Shown in pieces: positions 1 to 8,660 of a stretch of 64,000 nucleotides of DNA. Source of the stretch: Candidatus Reconcilbacillus cellulovorans (lineage in GTDB: Bacteria > Bacillota > Bacilli > Paenibacillales > Reconciliibacillaceae); assembly GCA_002507565.1 (NCBI GenBank), contig MOXJ01000012.1, forward strand, positions 1,035 to 65,034, given 5' to 3'. Numbering within the stretch: position 1 is the stretch's first letter; each line of letters starts with the position of its first letter. The position numbers and the translations under genes were made by a program. The notes beneath the pieces are model-generated. The model ran no database searches. It was not told the origin of the DNA and saw only the letters and a list, made by a program, of their open reading frames with translations.

Positions 1-580
1 GCAGCTGATTGATGAAAATGGCGATACATTTCGATTTGCTGATCGCGCCGGCGAGCTTGCGCAACGCCTGAGACATCAGCCGCGCCTGCAGCCCGACGAA
101 CGAATCGCCCATTTCTCCGTCGATCTCGGCTTTCGGCACTAGCGCGGCGACCGAGTCGACGACGATAATGTCGACGGCGCCGCTGCGCACGAGCGCTTCC
201 GCGATTTCCAACGCCTGCTCGCCGGTATCCGGCTGGGACAACAGCAGTTCGTCGATGTTGATGCCGAGTTTTTTCGCATAAACCGGATCGAGCGCGTGTT
301 CCGCGTCGATAAACGCCGCCTGGCCGCCGATGCGCTGTACCTCGGCGATCGCGTGCAAGGCGACCGTCGTTTTGCCCGACGATTCCGGGCCGAAAATTTC
401 AATGATGCGCCCGCGCGGAAAACCGCCCACGCCGAGCGCGATGTCGAGCGCGAGCGATCCGGTCGACACCGTCTCCACCTGAACGTTGGCCGATTCTCCC
501 AGTCTCATGACGGCGCCCTTACCGAACGTTTTTTCAATCTGGCGGAGCGCCTGTTCCAATGCCGCGCGACGATCGGTCAA
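1..580 (-). CDS. recA: Recombinase RecA (partial; 3' end lies beyond the left window edge)
   Basis: The minus-strand frame is open to position 1. It translates as [29 protein letters not shown]...[20 protein letters not shown]...[32 protein letters not shown], which carries the Walker A motif and RecA core. TTG at 580 with an upstream GGGGA gives the canonical N-terminus. An in-frame ATG at 601 is an alternative start. The gene is missing from the ORF track because it is truncated. Confidence 0.95.
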   Translation of the reverse strand, partial: MTDRRAALEQALRQIEKTFGKGAVMRLGESANVQVETVSTGSLALDIALGVGGFPRGRIIEIFGPESSGKTTVALHAIAEVQRIGGQAAFIDAEHALDPVYAKKLGINIDELLLSQPDTGEQALEIAEALVRSGAVDIIVVDSVAALVPKAEIDGEMGDSFVGLQARLMSQALRKLAGAISKSKCIAIFINQL

Positions 581-620
581 TGGCTTCACATCCCCGTGCA
601 TTCGGATTTTTTCAAGAAGA

Positions 621-649
621 ATCATATCGCGTTTCGCGGGCTTTGCCAA
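621..649 (-). promoter_or_regulatory. Putative sigma-A promoter of recA (-35 TTGGCA, 17-nt spacer, -10 TATGAT)
   Basis: On the minus strand TTGGCA is at 649-644 and TATGAT at 626-621, with an exact 17-nt spacer. The promoter lies between the Cheo box and the recA start. Confidence 0.45.
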
Positions 650-659
650 GCGAGTCGAC

Positions 660-673
660 CGAACAAACATTCG
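660..673 (-). promoter_or_regulatory. LexA operator (Cheo box) upstream of recA
   Basis: The minus strand reads CGAATGTTTGTTCG. This matches the Gram-positive SOS box consensus CGAACnnnnGTTCG with one deviation (C to T at position 5). It sits just upstream of the predicted recA -35. Confidence 0.6.
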
Positions 674-686
674 AGGACCCGCCGGC

Positions 687-726
687 AAAAAAACACCGCA
701 ACAAAGCCTTGCGCTTCGTTACGGTG
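687..726 (-). terminator. Rho-independent terminator after cinA
   Basis: The minus strand reads CACCGTAAC-(15 nt loop with an internal AAGC/GCTT pair)-GTTGCGGTG followed by TTTTTTT. The stem is 9 bp with one G-U pair. Confidence 0.8.
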
Positions 727-802
727 CTTCCGCAACCAAATTCTATTATAAGACATGCGGCGACGGCGGACAAGAAGGCGATTTTGACAAATTCGTGAAC
801 AT

Positions 803-2038
803 TCATCGCAAACAGCGCCACAAGCGGTACAATGCCGCCTTAGCCGCCCGCCATTTGATCGTTTCGCGGTTTCCGGTCCATTTTTCCTCAAACGCCCGCG
901 AACCGTCCGGACCGGCGACTCCAACGTAGACGAGCCCGGGCGGTTTGCCTTCCAATTCGGCCGGCCCGGCCACGCCGGTCACCGACAACGCCCAGTCGGT
1001 GCGGAAACGGCTGCGCGTATTTTCCGCCAACCGCAACGCGGTCTGTTCGCTGACCTCTCCAGGACCGTCGATGCGGAGCAGTTCGTCCGGAACGTGCAGC
1101 CAGTCGCGTTTGACGGCCTTGTCGTAACAGACGATGCCGCCGATAAAGACGCGGGAACTGCCGGGGACGTTCGTCACGAGGTGGGCGAGCAGCCCGCCGG
1201 AGCAACTTTCGGCTACCGCGAGCGTTTCGTTCCTTGTCGTGAGCAGGCGGACGACGGCGGCTTCGATCGGGATGTCCTCTTCCGCGTACAAAAATTCGCC
1301 GACCCGTTCGCGAATGGTCCGTTCGACGGCCGCCCATTTCCGCTCGGCCTCCGCGTAAGTTGCAGCCCGCGTCGACAGCCGCACGGCGACTTCCCCTTCT
1401 TTTGCGTAGGGCGCGATCGTCGGATCCGTCTGGGTATCGATCAAGTCAAGCAGGCGTTGTTCGAGTAGAGATTCTCCGATTCCGGAAAACTTCAGCATCT
1501 TTGAGTAGATCGGAAGATCTGGATTCATCTTGGCTAACCATGGTTTCGCATATTTCTCGAACATGGGCTGTAGTTCGCGCGGCGGACCGGGCAACAGTAC
1601 GAACAGCGCGCCGCCTTCCTCCAGAGCCTCGCCGACGGCGTGGCCGACGTCGTTCGGCAAAGGAGTACTTCCTTCCATAATGAGCGCCTGGCGGCGGTTG
1701 CTTTCGGGCATCTCCTGGCCGCGTGCGCGAAAATGCGCCTCGATTTTTTCGAGAGCCGGAGGGTAAACCTTCAGCTCCCTCCCGAGCACCCGCGCCATAA
1801 CTTCTTTCGTCAGGTCGTCCCGAGTCGGCCCGAGCCCCCCGGTCGTCACGACGAGATCGGCGCGCGACCGCGCGGTTCGGATCGCTTCAGCAATCCGTTC
1901 CGCGTTGTCGCCGACGACCGTATGCCAATAGACGCCGATGCCGAGCGCCGCCAACTCACGGGATAAATATTGCGCGTTCGTGTTCACGATCTGACCCATC
2001 AACAGCTCGGTGCCGACGGCGATAATTTCCGCCCGCAT
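803..2038 (-). CDS. cinA: Competence/damage-inducible protein CinA
   Basis: 411-aa ORF. The N-terminus MRAEIIAVGTELLMGQIVNTNAQYLSRELAALGI is the typical CinA MoCF-binding domain, and a C-terminal PncC-like domain follows. The gene sits directly upstream of recA, as in Bacillus. Confidence 0.93.
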   Translation of the reverse strand: MRAEIIAVGTELLMGQIVNTNAQYLSRELAALGIGVYWHTVVGDNAERIAEAIRTARSRADLVVTTGGLGPTRDDLTKEVMARVLGRELKVYPPALEKIEAHFRARGQEMPESNRRQALIMEGSTPLPNDVGHAVGEALEEGGALFVLLPGPPRELQPMFEKYAKPWLAKMNPDLPIYSKMLKFSGIGESLLEQRLLDLIDTQTDPTIAPYAKEGEVAVRLSTRAATYAEAERKWAAVERTIRERVGEFLYAEEDIPIEAAVVRLLTTRNETLAVAESCSGGLLAHLVTNVPGSSRVFIGGIVCYDKAVKRDWLHVPDELLRIDGPGEVSEQTALRLAENTRSRFRTDWALSVTGVAGPAELEGKPPGLVYVGVAGPDGSRAFEEKWTGNRETIKWRAAKAALYRLWRCLR

Positions 2039-2056
2039 GTTTGAAAGTTCGCCTCC

Positions 2057-2644
2057 CTATGGACGATGGCGCGGAAACCGCAACAAATCCCGGTTTTTCA
2101 CGAAATAGACGACTCCCGAAACGATCGTCACACCGGCCGCCGTCCAGCTCGCGATCAAGTCGAACGGAAAATCAATAAACAAAAAAGGAAAATTGTTCAA
2201 CATAATTGCAATAATGGCCACAATCTGCGTAGCAGTTTTCCATTTCCCCCATTTATCAGCCGGAATCACTTTTCCTTCAAGAAGCGCAAGCTGCCGCAAA
2301 CCGGTCACCGCAAACTCGCGGCTGATGATGACGATCGCGATCCACGCTGCCAGCTTGCGCATTTCGACAAGCGAAATGAGGACGGACGCGTTGAGCAGTT
2401 TGTCCGCCAGTGGGTCGAGCAGTTTGCCGAGATTTGTTTCCATCCGGTGCGAACGCGCGATGTAACCGTCGAGTTTGTCGGTGCTGGCCGCGACGACGAA
2501 CACGACGGTCGCGATCAACTGATTCCAGCTGACGCTGTATTCGCCCAGCCGAAGAGGCGGCAGATCCCACCGGACGAGCAAAATGAAAATGATGACGGGC
2601 ACGAGAAAAATGCGGGCGATCGTGATCGCATTGGCCAGGTTCAT
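2057..2644 (-). CDS. pgsA: CDP-diacylglycerol--glycerol-3-phosphate 3-phosphatidyltransferase
   Basis: 195-aa ORF with the CDP-alcohol phosphatidyltransferase motif (ASTDKLDGYIAR...LGKLLDPLADKL). It lies in pgsA-cinA-recA synteny and has an ATGA overlap with rimO. Confidence 0.93.
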   Translation of the reverse strand: MNLANAITIARIFLVPVIIFILLVRWDLPPLRLGEYSVSWNQLIATVVFVVAASTDKLDGYIARSHRMETNLGKLLDPLADKLLNASVLISLVEMRKLAAWIAIVIISREFAVTGLRQLALLEGKVIPADKWGKWKTATQIVAIIAIMLNNFPFLFIDFPFDLIASWTAAGVTIVSGVVYFVKNRDLLRFPRHRP

Positions 2645-3969
2645 GCCACTCCCTCCCCGGCCAAATCGAACTCCAGCGAATGCGTGATGCGGACTTTACG
2701 GATGTCGCCGATCGCCGCACGGTCAAGACCGCTTACGAACACCTCGCCGTCGACTTCCGGTGCGTCGTACTGCGTCCGGCCGACATAAACGCCGTTTTTC
2801 CGGTCGAACCGGTCGACGATCACGTCCAATTCCCGTCCGACGAACCGCGCATTGCGCTCGGCCGCGATTTCGCGCTGGACTTCCATCAGCTCCGCCTGGC
2901 GGCGCTCCTTGATGTCTTCGGGTACTTGGTCGGGCAGACGCGCCGCGGGCGTGCCCTCTTCTCGCGAATAGGCAAACACGCCGAGTCGGTCGAACTTGAT
3001 CTCACGAACGAACGAAACGAGCCGCTCGAAATCTTCCTCCGTTTCGCCGGGAAACCCGACGATGAAGCTTGTGCGCAGCGCCACGTCGGGAATGCGCTCG
3101 CGGATTTTGTCGATCAGTTCCCGGATGTCGCGCTCCCGGCCGGGACGGCGCATCCGTCGCAAGATGCGGTCGACGCAGTGCTGCAGCGGCATGTCGACGT
3201 ATTTGCAGATTTTCGGGTTGGAAGCGATCGTGTCGATCAGTTCGTCCGTAAAAAAACCGGGGTAGGCGTAATGAAGCCGTATCCACCGGACACCGGGAAT
3301 TTCGCCGATTCGGTTGAGCAATTCCGGCAACATGAGTCTTCCGTAAAGATCGCGGCCGTAATTCGTGGAATCCTGGGCGATCAAGTTGATTTCCTTGGCC
3401 CCTTGGGCGCACAGGGATTCGACTTCCGCGACGATCGACTCGACCGATCGACTGCGGAACGCCCCGCGCATGAGCGGAATGCTGCAGAACGTGCAGCCGT
3501 TGTCGCAACCTTCCGCGATTTTGACGTAGACGCTGTGGCGCGGACCGGACAGCCTGCGCGGCAACAACCGGTCGTAGTTGAAGGCGGGATGCCCGACGAA
3601 CGACGGTTTACCGCCCGCCAGCGCCGCGTCGACGATTTCGGCGATCCGGTCGAATTCGCCCGTGCCGATGATGCCGTCGATCTCCGGAATTTCCCGCATC
3701 AATTCGTCCTTGTACCGCTGGACGAGACATCCGGCCACGATCAATGCTTTCAGCTTCCCTTTTTGCTTAAGCTCCGCCAATTCCAGAATCGTTTGCACCG
3801 ACTCTTCTTTGGCGGCGTCGATAAAACCGCAGGTATTGACGACGACGACCGTCGCTTCACGGAGATGTTTGACCGGCTGATGGCCGTGGCGATGGAGCAG
3901 CCCTTCCATAATTTCCGAATCGACCAAATTTTTTTCGCAGCCCAGTGTGACCAGTTTGACTTTCTCCAT
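2641..3969 (-). CDS. rimO: Ribosomal protein S12 methylthiotransferase RimO (radical SAM, MiaB family)
   Basis: 442-aa ORF. It has the N-terminal MTTase motif (VTLGCEKNLVDSE), the radical-SAM CxxxCxxC motif (EGCDNGCTFCSIP) and a C-terminal TRAM-like region. Confidence 0.88.
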   Translation of the reverse strand: MEKVKLVTLGCEKNLVDSEIMEGLLHRHGHQPVKHLREATVVVVNTCGFIDAAKEESVQTILELAELKQKGKLKALIVAGCLVQRYKDELMREIPEIDGIIGTGEFDRIAEIVDAALAGGKPSFVGHPAFNYDRLLPRRLSGPRHSVYVKIAEGCDNGCTFCSIPLMRGAFRSRSVESIVAEVESLCAQGAKEINLIAQDSTNYGRDLYGRLMLPELLNRIGEIPGVRWIRLHYAYPGFFTDELIDTIASNPKICKYVDMPLQHCVDRILRRMRRPGRERDIRELIDKIRERIPDVALRTSFIVGFPGETEEDFERLVSFVREIKFDRLGVFAYSREEGTPAARLPDQVPEDIKERRQAELMEVQREIAAERNARFVGRELDVIVDRFDRKNGVYVGRTQYDAPEVDGEVFVSGLDRAAIGDIRKVRITHSLEFDLAGEGVA

Positions 3970-4030
3970 CCCGAGTGACCCCCATCGATGCGCTCAAGCG
4001 AAGCGACGTCGCCTTTTGCGTCGTGTTTGA

Positions 4031-4522
4031 TCAGCGATAATTGACGAACTGAAGCGGAATCGGCAGGTCCGCGCTCTGCAGCATGCGGATGACGGCCTGA
4101 AGTTCGTCTTTGCTTTTGCCGGAAACGCGGACTTCGTCGTTGCGGATCTGCGTCTTGACCTTGAATTTGGCATCACGGATCAAAGAGCTGATTTTTTTCG
4201 CCGTCTCAGCGTCGATGCCTTGTTTCAGTGCAATTCGCTGCCGGACCGTTCCGTGCGCCGCAGGCTCCGGTTTGCCGTATTCCAGCGCTTTCAAGGAAAC
4301 GCGCCGGCGAGCCAGTTTCGACTGCAAAATGTCGACGACGCTTCTCAGCTTTGCTTCGTCGTCGGAAACGACGACGAGCGCGTCCTTCTCCCGCTCGATC
4401 CGGCTTCGACTGCCTTTGAAATCGAAACGCGTCTCGATTTCCCGCATGGCCTGGTCGACGGCGTTTTGCACTTCTTGCATATCAATTTTAGATACGATAT
4501 CAAATGAATATTCAGACGCCAT
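4031..4522 (-). CDS. yajQ: YajQ-family nucleotide-binding protein (UPF0234)
   Basis: 163-aa ORF. MASEYSFDIVSKIDMQEVQNAVDQAMREIETRFDFKGS is the hallmark N-terminus of the YajQ/YitK family. Confidence 0.88.
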   Translation of the reverse strand: MASEYSFDIVSKIDMQEVQNAVDQAMREIETRFDFKGSRSRIEREKDALVVVSDDEAKLRSVVDILQSKLARRRVSLKALEYGKPEPAAHGTVRQRIALKQGIDAETAKKISSLIRDAKFKVKTQIRNDEVRVSGKSKDELQAVIRMLQSADLPIPLQFVNYR

Positions 4523-4548
4523 GAATCAACGTCAACTCCTTTTTCCCG

Positions 4549-5406
4549 TTACCGACTCCCAACCGGAGAAACCTGCGCATCAGACCGCTCCAGATTAATC
4601 TGAAACCGCTTTGGATTTACTGAATTGCCGGTATCAAGCAAAACGCCGTTAACCGCTACCGTGACTGCAGCAGGACGTCCGAGCACGAGTTGAAGACTGG
4701 AATCGAATTCCCAAACCTTCCGATCACCGGCTTTGAAAATGCCTTGATCGACTAGTTCCGCTTTGCCGGAGCCGGTAAGTTTCATAATCTGCACCCAACA
4801 TTCGTCGCGGACGACGTTCACTTCGACGCGCAACACGTCGGTGTTGGATACGGCGTAATGTTCGTAACGCCCGACCGTTTGTTGGCGCATGACGACAGCC
4901 GAAGGCTTCGGCGTCGACGAAACGGTCGGCGTCGGCGAAGCCGGTGAAACTGTTCCGCTTACGCCCTGCTTCGGTGTGCTTTCGGAAATCCGTTCGCGGT
5001 CGGGCGGGGAGTTCCGATGCATTTTTTCCGAAACAAAATAATACGACACGCCGAGAATCAACGCAACGAAAACCAACATCAGGAGTCTCGTCGTCAAGAC
5101 GCCCAAACGCTCGAAACGCCGCGCGTCCCGTGAGCGGGCGCGCGGCCGCCCGACGGTCGGTTCGGGATGAAGAGGGGGCAATACGCTTTCATACATACGC
5201 ACGACCTGCGCCGGATCGAGTCCGACGGCTTCCGCATAGGCCTTGACGAAAGCGCGCGCGTAGAAACTGCCCGGAAGCACGCGGAAATCCCCTTGCTCGA
5301 TCGCCTGAAGATAACGCTTGCGGATTTTCGTCAGTTCCTCCACGTCATCCAGCGTCATGTTCCGTTCCAATCTCGCCTGCTGCAACAGCCGACCCAATTC
5401 CTGCAC
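4549..5406 (-). CDS. rodZ: RodZ-like cytoskeleton protein (HTH plus transmembrane; YmfM equivalent)
   Basis: 285-aa ORF with a GTG start behind a GAGGAGGTGA SD. It has an N-terminal Xre-type HTH (LGRLLQQARLERNMTLDDVEELTKIRKRYLQAIEQGDF), a transmembrane segment and a C-terminal DUF4115-like region. Confidence 0.85.
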   Translation of the reverse strand: MQELGRLLQQARLERNMTLDDVEELTKIRKRYLQAIEQGDFRVLPGSFYARAFVKAYAEAVGLDPAQVVRMYESVLPPLHPEPTVGRPRARSRDARRFERLGVLTTRLLMLVFVALILGVSYYFVSEKMHRNSPPDRERISESTPKQGVSGTVSPASPTPTVSSTPKPSAVVMRQQTVGRYEHYAVSNTDVLRVEVNVVRDECWVQIMKLTGSGKAELVDQGIFKAGDRKVWEFDSSLQLVLGRPAAVTVAVNGVLLDTGNSVNPKRFQINLERSDAQVSPVGSR

Positions 5407-5418
5407 ATGTTCACCTCC

Positions 5419-6186
5419 TCACCATCCGTCTTCGTCCTCCCACTTCAGATTGTCGTACGTAATCACTTCGTCCGGCGTGTTGCGCAACTCGATGATGTAA
5501 TCAAAAGCGTCGTAATCCCAACGCGATTCACGCACGAAAATATCGGGATGTTCGATCACTTTTGTGGAAGGCATGGCCATGATCTCTTCCAGAAGACGGA
5601 AATGTTTCTCGTTTGCGCGGATCGTCGACACGATGCCGTCGATGATGAACACATTGTCCGGATTCATCTCTTCCTCGGAAAGCTGGCTGCGTACCGTCTG
5701 TCTGAGCAAAGTCGAGGACACGAACGTCCAACGCTTGTTGGCGCAGACGCTGCCCGCGATGATCGATTCGGTTTTTCCCACGCGCGGCATGCCGCGCACG
5801 CCGACGACTTGATGGCCTTCGCGCTTGAAAATTTCTCCCAGAAAATCAATCAAAAGTCCGAGTTCGTCGCGAGTAAAACGGAATGTCTTGCGGTCGTCGG
5901 AATCGCGGGAAATAAATCGCCCGTGCCGCACCGCCAACACATCGACGAGCCGGGGTTCGCGCAGGGCGGTCACGGTTATGTTTTCGACTTTTTTGAGCAT
6001 TTCGCCCATTAACCGGATCTTTTCTTCGTCGTCGGTTTGGAGCAACAACCCGCGCGTCCTGTCGTCCACGCCGTTGATCGTCAAAATATTGATTTCCAGC
6101 ATGCCCATCAGGGAAGCGATGTCGCCGAGCAACCCCGGACGGTTTTTATGTATGCGGTATTCCATGTACCATTGCTTGACCGACAA
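5419..6186 (-). CDS. YmfK-like protein (ACT-like N-terminus, DUF3388 family)
   Basis: 255-aa ORF with a TTG start behind a GAAGGAG SD. The gene sits in the position of B. subtilis ymfK, between ymfJ and ymfM. The N-terminal sequence RIHKNRPGLLGDIASLMGMLEINILTINGV looks ACT-like. Confidence 0.75.
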   Translation of the reverse strand: MSVKQWYMEYRIHKNRPGLLGDIASLMGMLEINILTINGVDDRTRGLLLQTDDEEKIRLMGEMLKKVENITVTALREPRLVDVLAVRHGRFISRDSDDRKTFRFTRDELGLLIDFLGEIFKREGHQVVGVRGMPRVGKTESIIAGSVCANKRWTFVSSTLLRQTVRSQLSEEEMNPDNVFIIDGIVSTIRANEKHFRLLEEIMAMPSTKVIEHPDIFVRESRWDYDAFDYIIELRNTPDEVITYDNLKWEDEDGW

Positions 6187-6255
6187 AGCGCTCGCTCCTT
6201 CGCGGTATGGCGTTCCATTTTTTTATTGTACACGAACCGCCTCCGCGTTGCACGC

Positions 6256-6292
6256 AAAAAAATTTCGGGCCGCCGACCGCAGTCGACGGCCC
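6256..6292 (-). terminator. Rho-independent terminator after the ymfJ-like gene
   Basis: The minus strand reads GGGCCGTCGAC-TGCG-GTCGGCGGCCC (one mismatch) followed by GAAATTTTTTT. Confidence 0.8.
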
Positions 6293-6310
6293 TTTGCGCC
6301 GGGCGGACGG

Positions 6311-6562
6311 TTACGAACGCTCGACAAATTTGATGATGACCCGCGCCAACGTTTTACGCTCGTCTTCGGTCGCGACGTCCCACAATTCTTTCAGCAAACG
6401 CTCTTCCCGGTTTTCCGGGTCGACTTTTTCCGCTAAAAAGTTGCCGATCTGGTAAGCGAGCTGGGCGATCGCTTCGTCGCTCATGCCCGCCTTCTTGGCC
6501 TGTTCGACACGGGATTCCAGGAATGTTTTCCATTTTTCGAAATCTTTTAGAATGGTCGGCAT
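6311..6562 (-). CDS. YmfJ-like small protein (DUF3243)
   Basis: 83-aa ORF behind an AAAGGAGG SD. The sequence DFEKWKTFLE...LAYQIGNFLAEKVDPENREERLLKELW and its synteny match ymfJ. Confidence 0.8.
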   Translation of the reverse strand: MPTILKDFEKWKTFLESRVEQAKKAGMSDEAIAQLAYQIGNFLAEKVDPENREERLLKELWDVATEDERKTLARVIIKFVERS

Positions 6563-6622
6563 CGGACAGCCTCCTTTGCGGGTAGAATCGGTCTTAGTCT
6601 GCTCCCCCGCATTCGCCCTTAT

Positions 6623-7354
6623 TCAAGCCGTCCATCCGCCGTCGAGCACGATGATCTGGCCGGTGATGTATCCAGATTCAGGAAGAGCCAAAAAATGCAC
6701 CCACGAGGCGATTTCTTCCGGACGCGCAAATCGACCCGCCGGAATTTCGCCGAGGAGTTCGCGGCGCTCGTCCGCGTCGAGTACGGCGTTCATGCGAGTG
6801 TCGACCGCGCCGGGCGCAATGGCGTTGACAGTAATGCCCGACGGCGCAAGTTCTTTGGCCAGCGCTTTCGTCAACGCATTTACCCCGCCTTTTGCGGCGG
6901 AATACGCGGCTTCGCAGGAGGCGCCGCAGATCCCCCATACGGAACTGATGTTGATGATGCGGCCGTACTTGTTGGCCAGCATCCCGTCCAAAAACGCCCT
7001 CGTGCACAGAAACACCGATTTCAGGTTGGCGTCGATGACGTCGTCCCAAGAAGACTCGTCCATATCGCCCAACAGGCCGAAGTACGCCGCTCCCGCGTTG
7101 TTGACGAGAACGTCGGGACGAAAACCGGCGCAGGTTAGCTGTTCTTTCATCCGTGCAACCTCATCGGAACGGCGCAAGTCGGCGCATACCGTCTCGACGC
7201 GCACGCCGTAGCGACGGCAACGTCGCTCGACTTCTTGGGCCGCCTGTTCCGAGCGGAAATAATGAATCGCCACATCGAATCCACGACTGGCGAGCAGTTC
7301 GGCAACCGCCGAACCGATTCCACCGCTGGCCCCGGTGATCAGTGCGTTACGCAC
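6623..7354 (-). CDS. ymfI: Short-chain dehydrogenase/reductase (YmfI / FabG-like 3-oxoacyl-ACP reductase)
   Basis: The ORF track extends this gene to 7432. GTG at 7354 sits behind GGTGGAG and gives the canonical SDR N-terminus, RNALITGASGGIGSA. The active-site motif SAAKGG and NAIAPGAV are present. The longer version would overlap ymfH. Confidence 0.88.
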   Translation of the reverse strand: MRNALITGASGGIGSAVAELLASRGFDVAIHYFRSEQAAQEVERRCRRYGVRVETVCADLRRSDEVARMKEQLTCAGFRPDVLVNNAGAAYFGLLGDMDESSWDDVIDANLKSVFLCTRAFLDGMLANKYGRIINISSVWGICGASCEAAYSAAKGGVNALTKALAKELAPSGITVNAIAPGAVDTRMNAVLDADERRELLGEIPAGRFARPEEIASWVHFLALPESGYITGQIIVLDGGWTA

Positions 7355-8639
7355 CTTCGGTCTCCACCACCGACATTGCGAGTCGGTCGTCGTCGGGCGA
7401 CACCGTCTGCCGAAACAGCTGCCAGGCTTCATCCGCGGTCAGAGCGTCCAGATGATCCAGCACATCAAACAATGACCAGCCGCGCATGCCGAGCCGAAGC
7501 CATTCGTTGGCCGCTTCGGGAGACTGGATCATTCGAAGGAAACTCCCTGTTTTCTTTCTCCTTGCCCGCTCGAACGCATGCTCCGGAACGCCGGATTCGA
7601 CCGCGCGCCTGATCTCGTCGCGCACACGCCGCGCCCAGGCTTCGGGATTCGGCGTTTCGCCGCCGACGATGACATGGGCGAAATCGGTTCCGCAATGGAA
7701 ATCGGCCGAAAAAACATCGGTCGCCAATCCTTCCCGGTACAAACGGTCGTAAAAATCCGTGCTTTTGCCGAGGGCCGCTTCCAAAACGAGCCGTACCGCG
7801 ATTTCCCGGCGAAGCGGTTCGATTCCTTCCGGTTCCGGGGCCGCCGATTTCCAGCCGATCATGCATCTTGGCATGGACACCGGCATTCGAATACGGCGTT
7901 CCCTTTCCACCGTCGTCTCCGGCTCTTCAGGCTTCTCCCGTTCGGGCGCCCGAAACGGCGGAAAGGATCGGGCCGCGAGACGGTTGCGGACATGATCCAG
8001 AACGGCTTCCGGCTCGACGCCGCCGGCGACGACGAGACGCATGTTGGATGGGTGATAGAAAAGTTCGTGACATCGAACCAAATCGTCTTTCGTGATCGCG
8101 GCGACGGATTCCGCAGTACCCGCAATGTCCGTCCGGACCGGATGGTGTCGATACATCGCCTGCAACAAGCCCTGATGGCATTGCCAGTCGGGATGATCGC
8201 GGTACATCATGATTTCTTGCGTGATGACGCTTTTTTCTTTGCTGACCGTCGCCTCTGTAAACCGCGGCGTCAATACGGCCTCAAGCAGCACGTCGAGCAA
8301 CTCTTGAACATCATCGGTCGCCGAAAAAAGATATGCCGTCCGCTCGTGGCCGGTAAACGCGTTGGCGGACGCACCTCTGGCCGCATATTGCGCGAAAACG
8401 CCGCCGCTCGGCCCCTCGAACAGTTGATGTTCCAAAAAATGCGCGATTCCTGCGGGAAACGCGAATCGTTCGCCGGTATCGCCGGTGCGGACGCGGCAAT
8501 CGAGCGATCCGAACCGGACGCCGACAACGGCGTAAACCTTTCGGTAACCGCGCTTCGGCCATACCGTCACGATCAGGCCGCCGGGCAGTCGATCCTCGAC
8601 CCACCTTTCGTCCAACGCTTCGCGCCGAAACTCCTTCAT
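7347..8639 (-). CDS. ymfH: M16-family (insulinase/pitrilysin-like) peptidase, YmfH equivalent
   Basis: The ORF runs 7347-8654. ATG at 8639 has the better SD (GGGGGCG). The sequence carries the HxxEH zinc motif (AHFLEHQLFEG) and sits in ymfF-ymfH synteny. Confidence 0.85.
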   Translation of the reverse strand: MKEFRREALDERWVEDRLPGGLIVTVWPKRGYRKVYAVVGVRFGSLDCRVRTGDTGERFAFPAGIAHFLEHQLFEGPSGGVFAQYAARGASANAFTGHERTAYLFSATDDVQELLDVLLEAVLTPRFTEATVSKEKSVITQEIMMYRDHPDWQCHQGLLQAMYRHHPVRTDIAGTAESVAAITKDDLVRCHELFYHPSNMRLVVAGGVEPEAVLDHVRNRLAARSFPPFRAPEREKPEEPETTVERERRIRMPVSMPRCMIGWKSAAPEPEGIEPLRREIAVRLVLEAALGKSTDFYDRLYREGLATDVFSADFHCGTDFAHVIVGGETPNPEAWARRVRDEIRRAVESGVPEHAFERARRKKTGSFLRMIQSPEAANEWLRLGMRGWSLFDVLDHLDALTADEAWQLFRQTVSPDDDRLAMSVVETEGA

Positions 8640-8660
8640 GACGATCGCCCCCATCGCTTT

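Noticed and set aside
784-833. Plus-strand promoter-like hexamers TTGACA (784-789) and TACAAT (828-833).
   Set aside because: The two hexamers are 38 nt apart and so do not form one promoter. Neither has a proper partner at 16-18 nt. They lie at or inside the 3' end of cinA with no plus-strand gene downstream.
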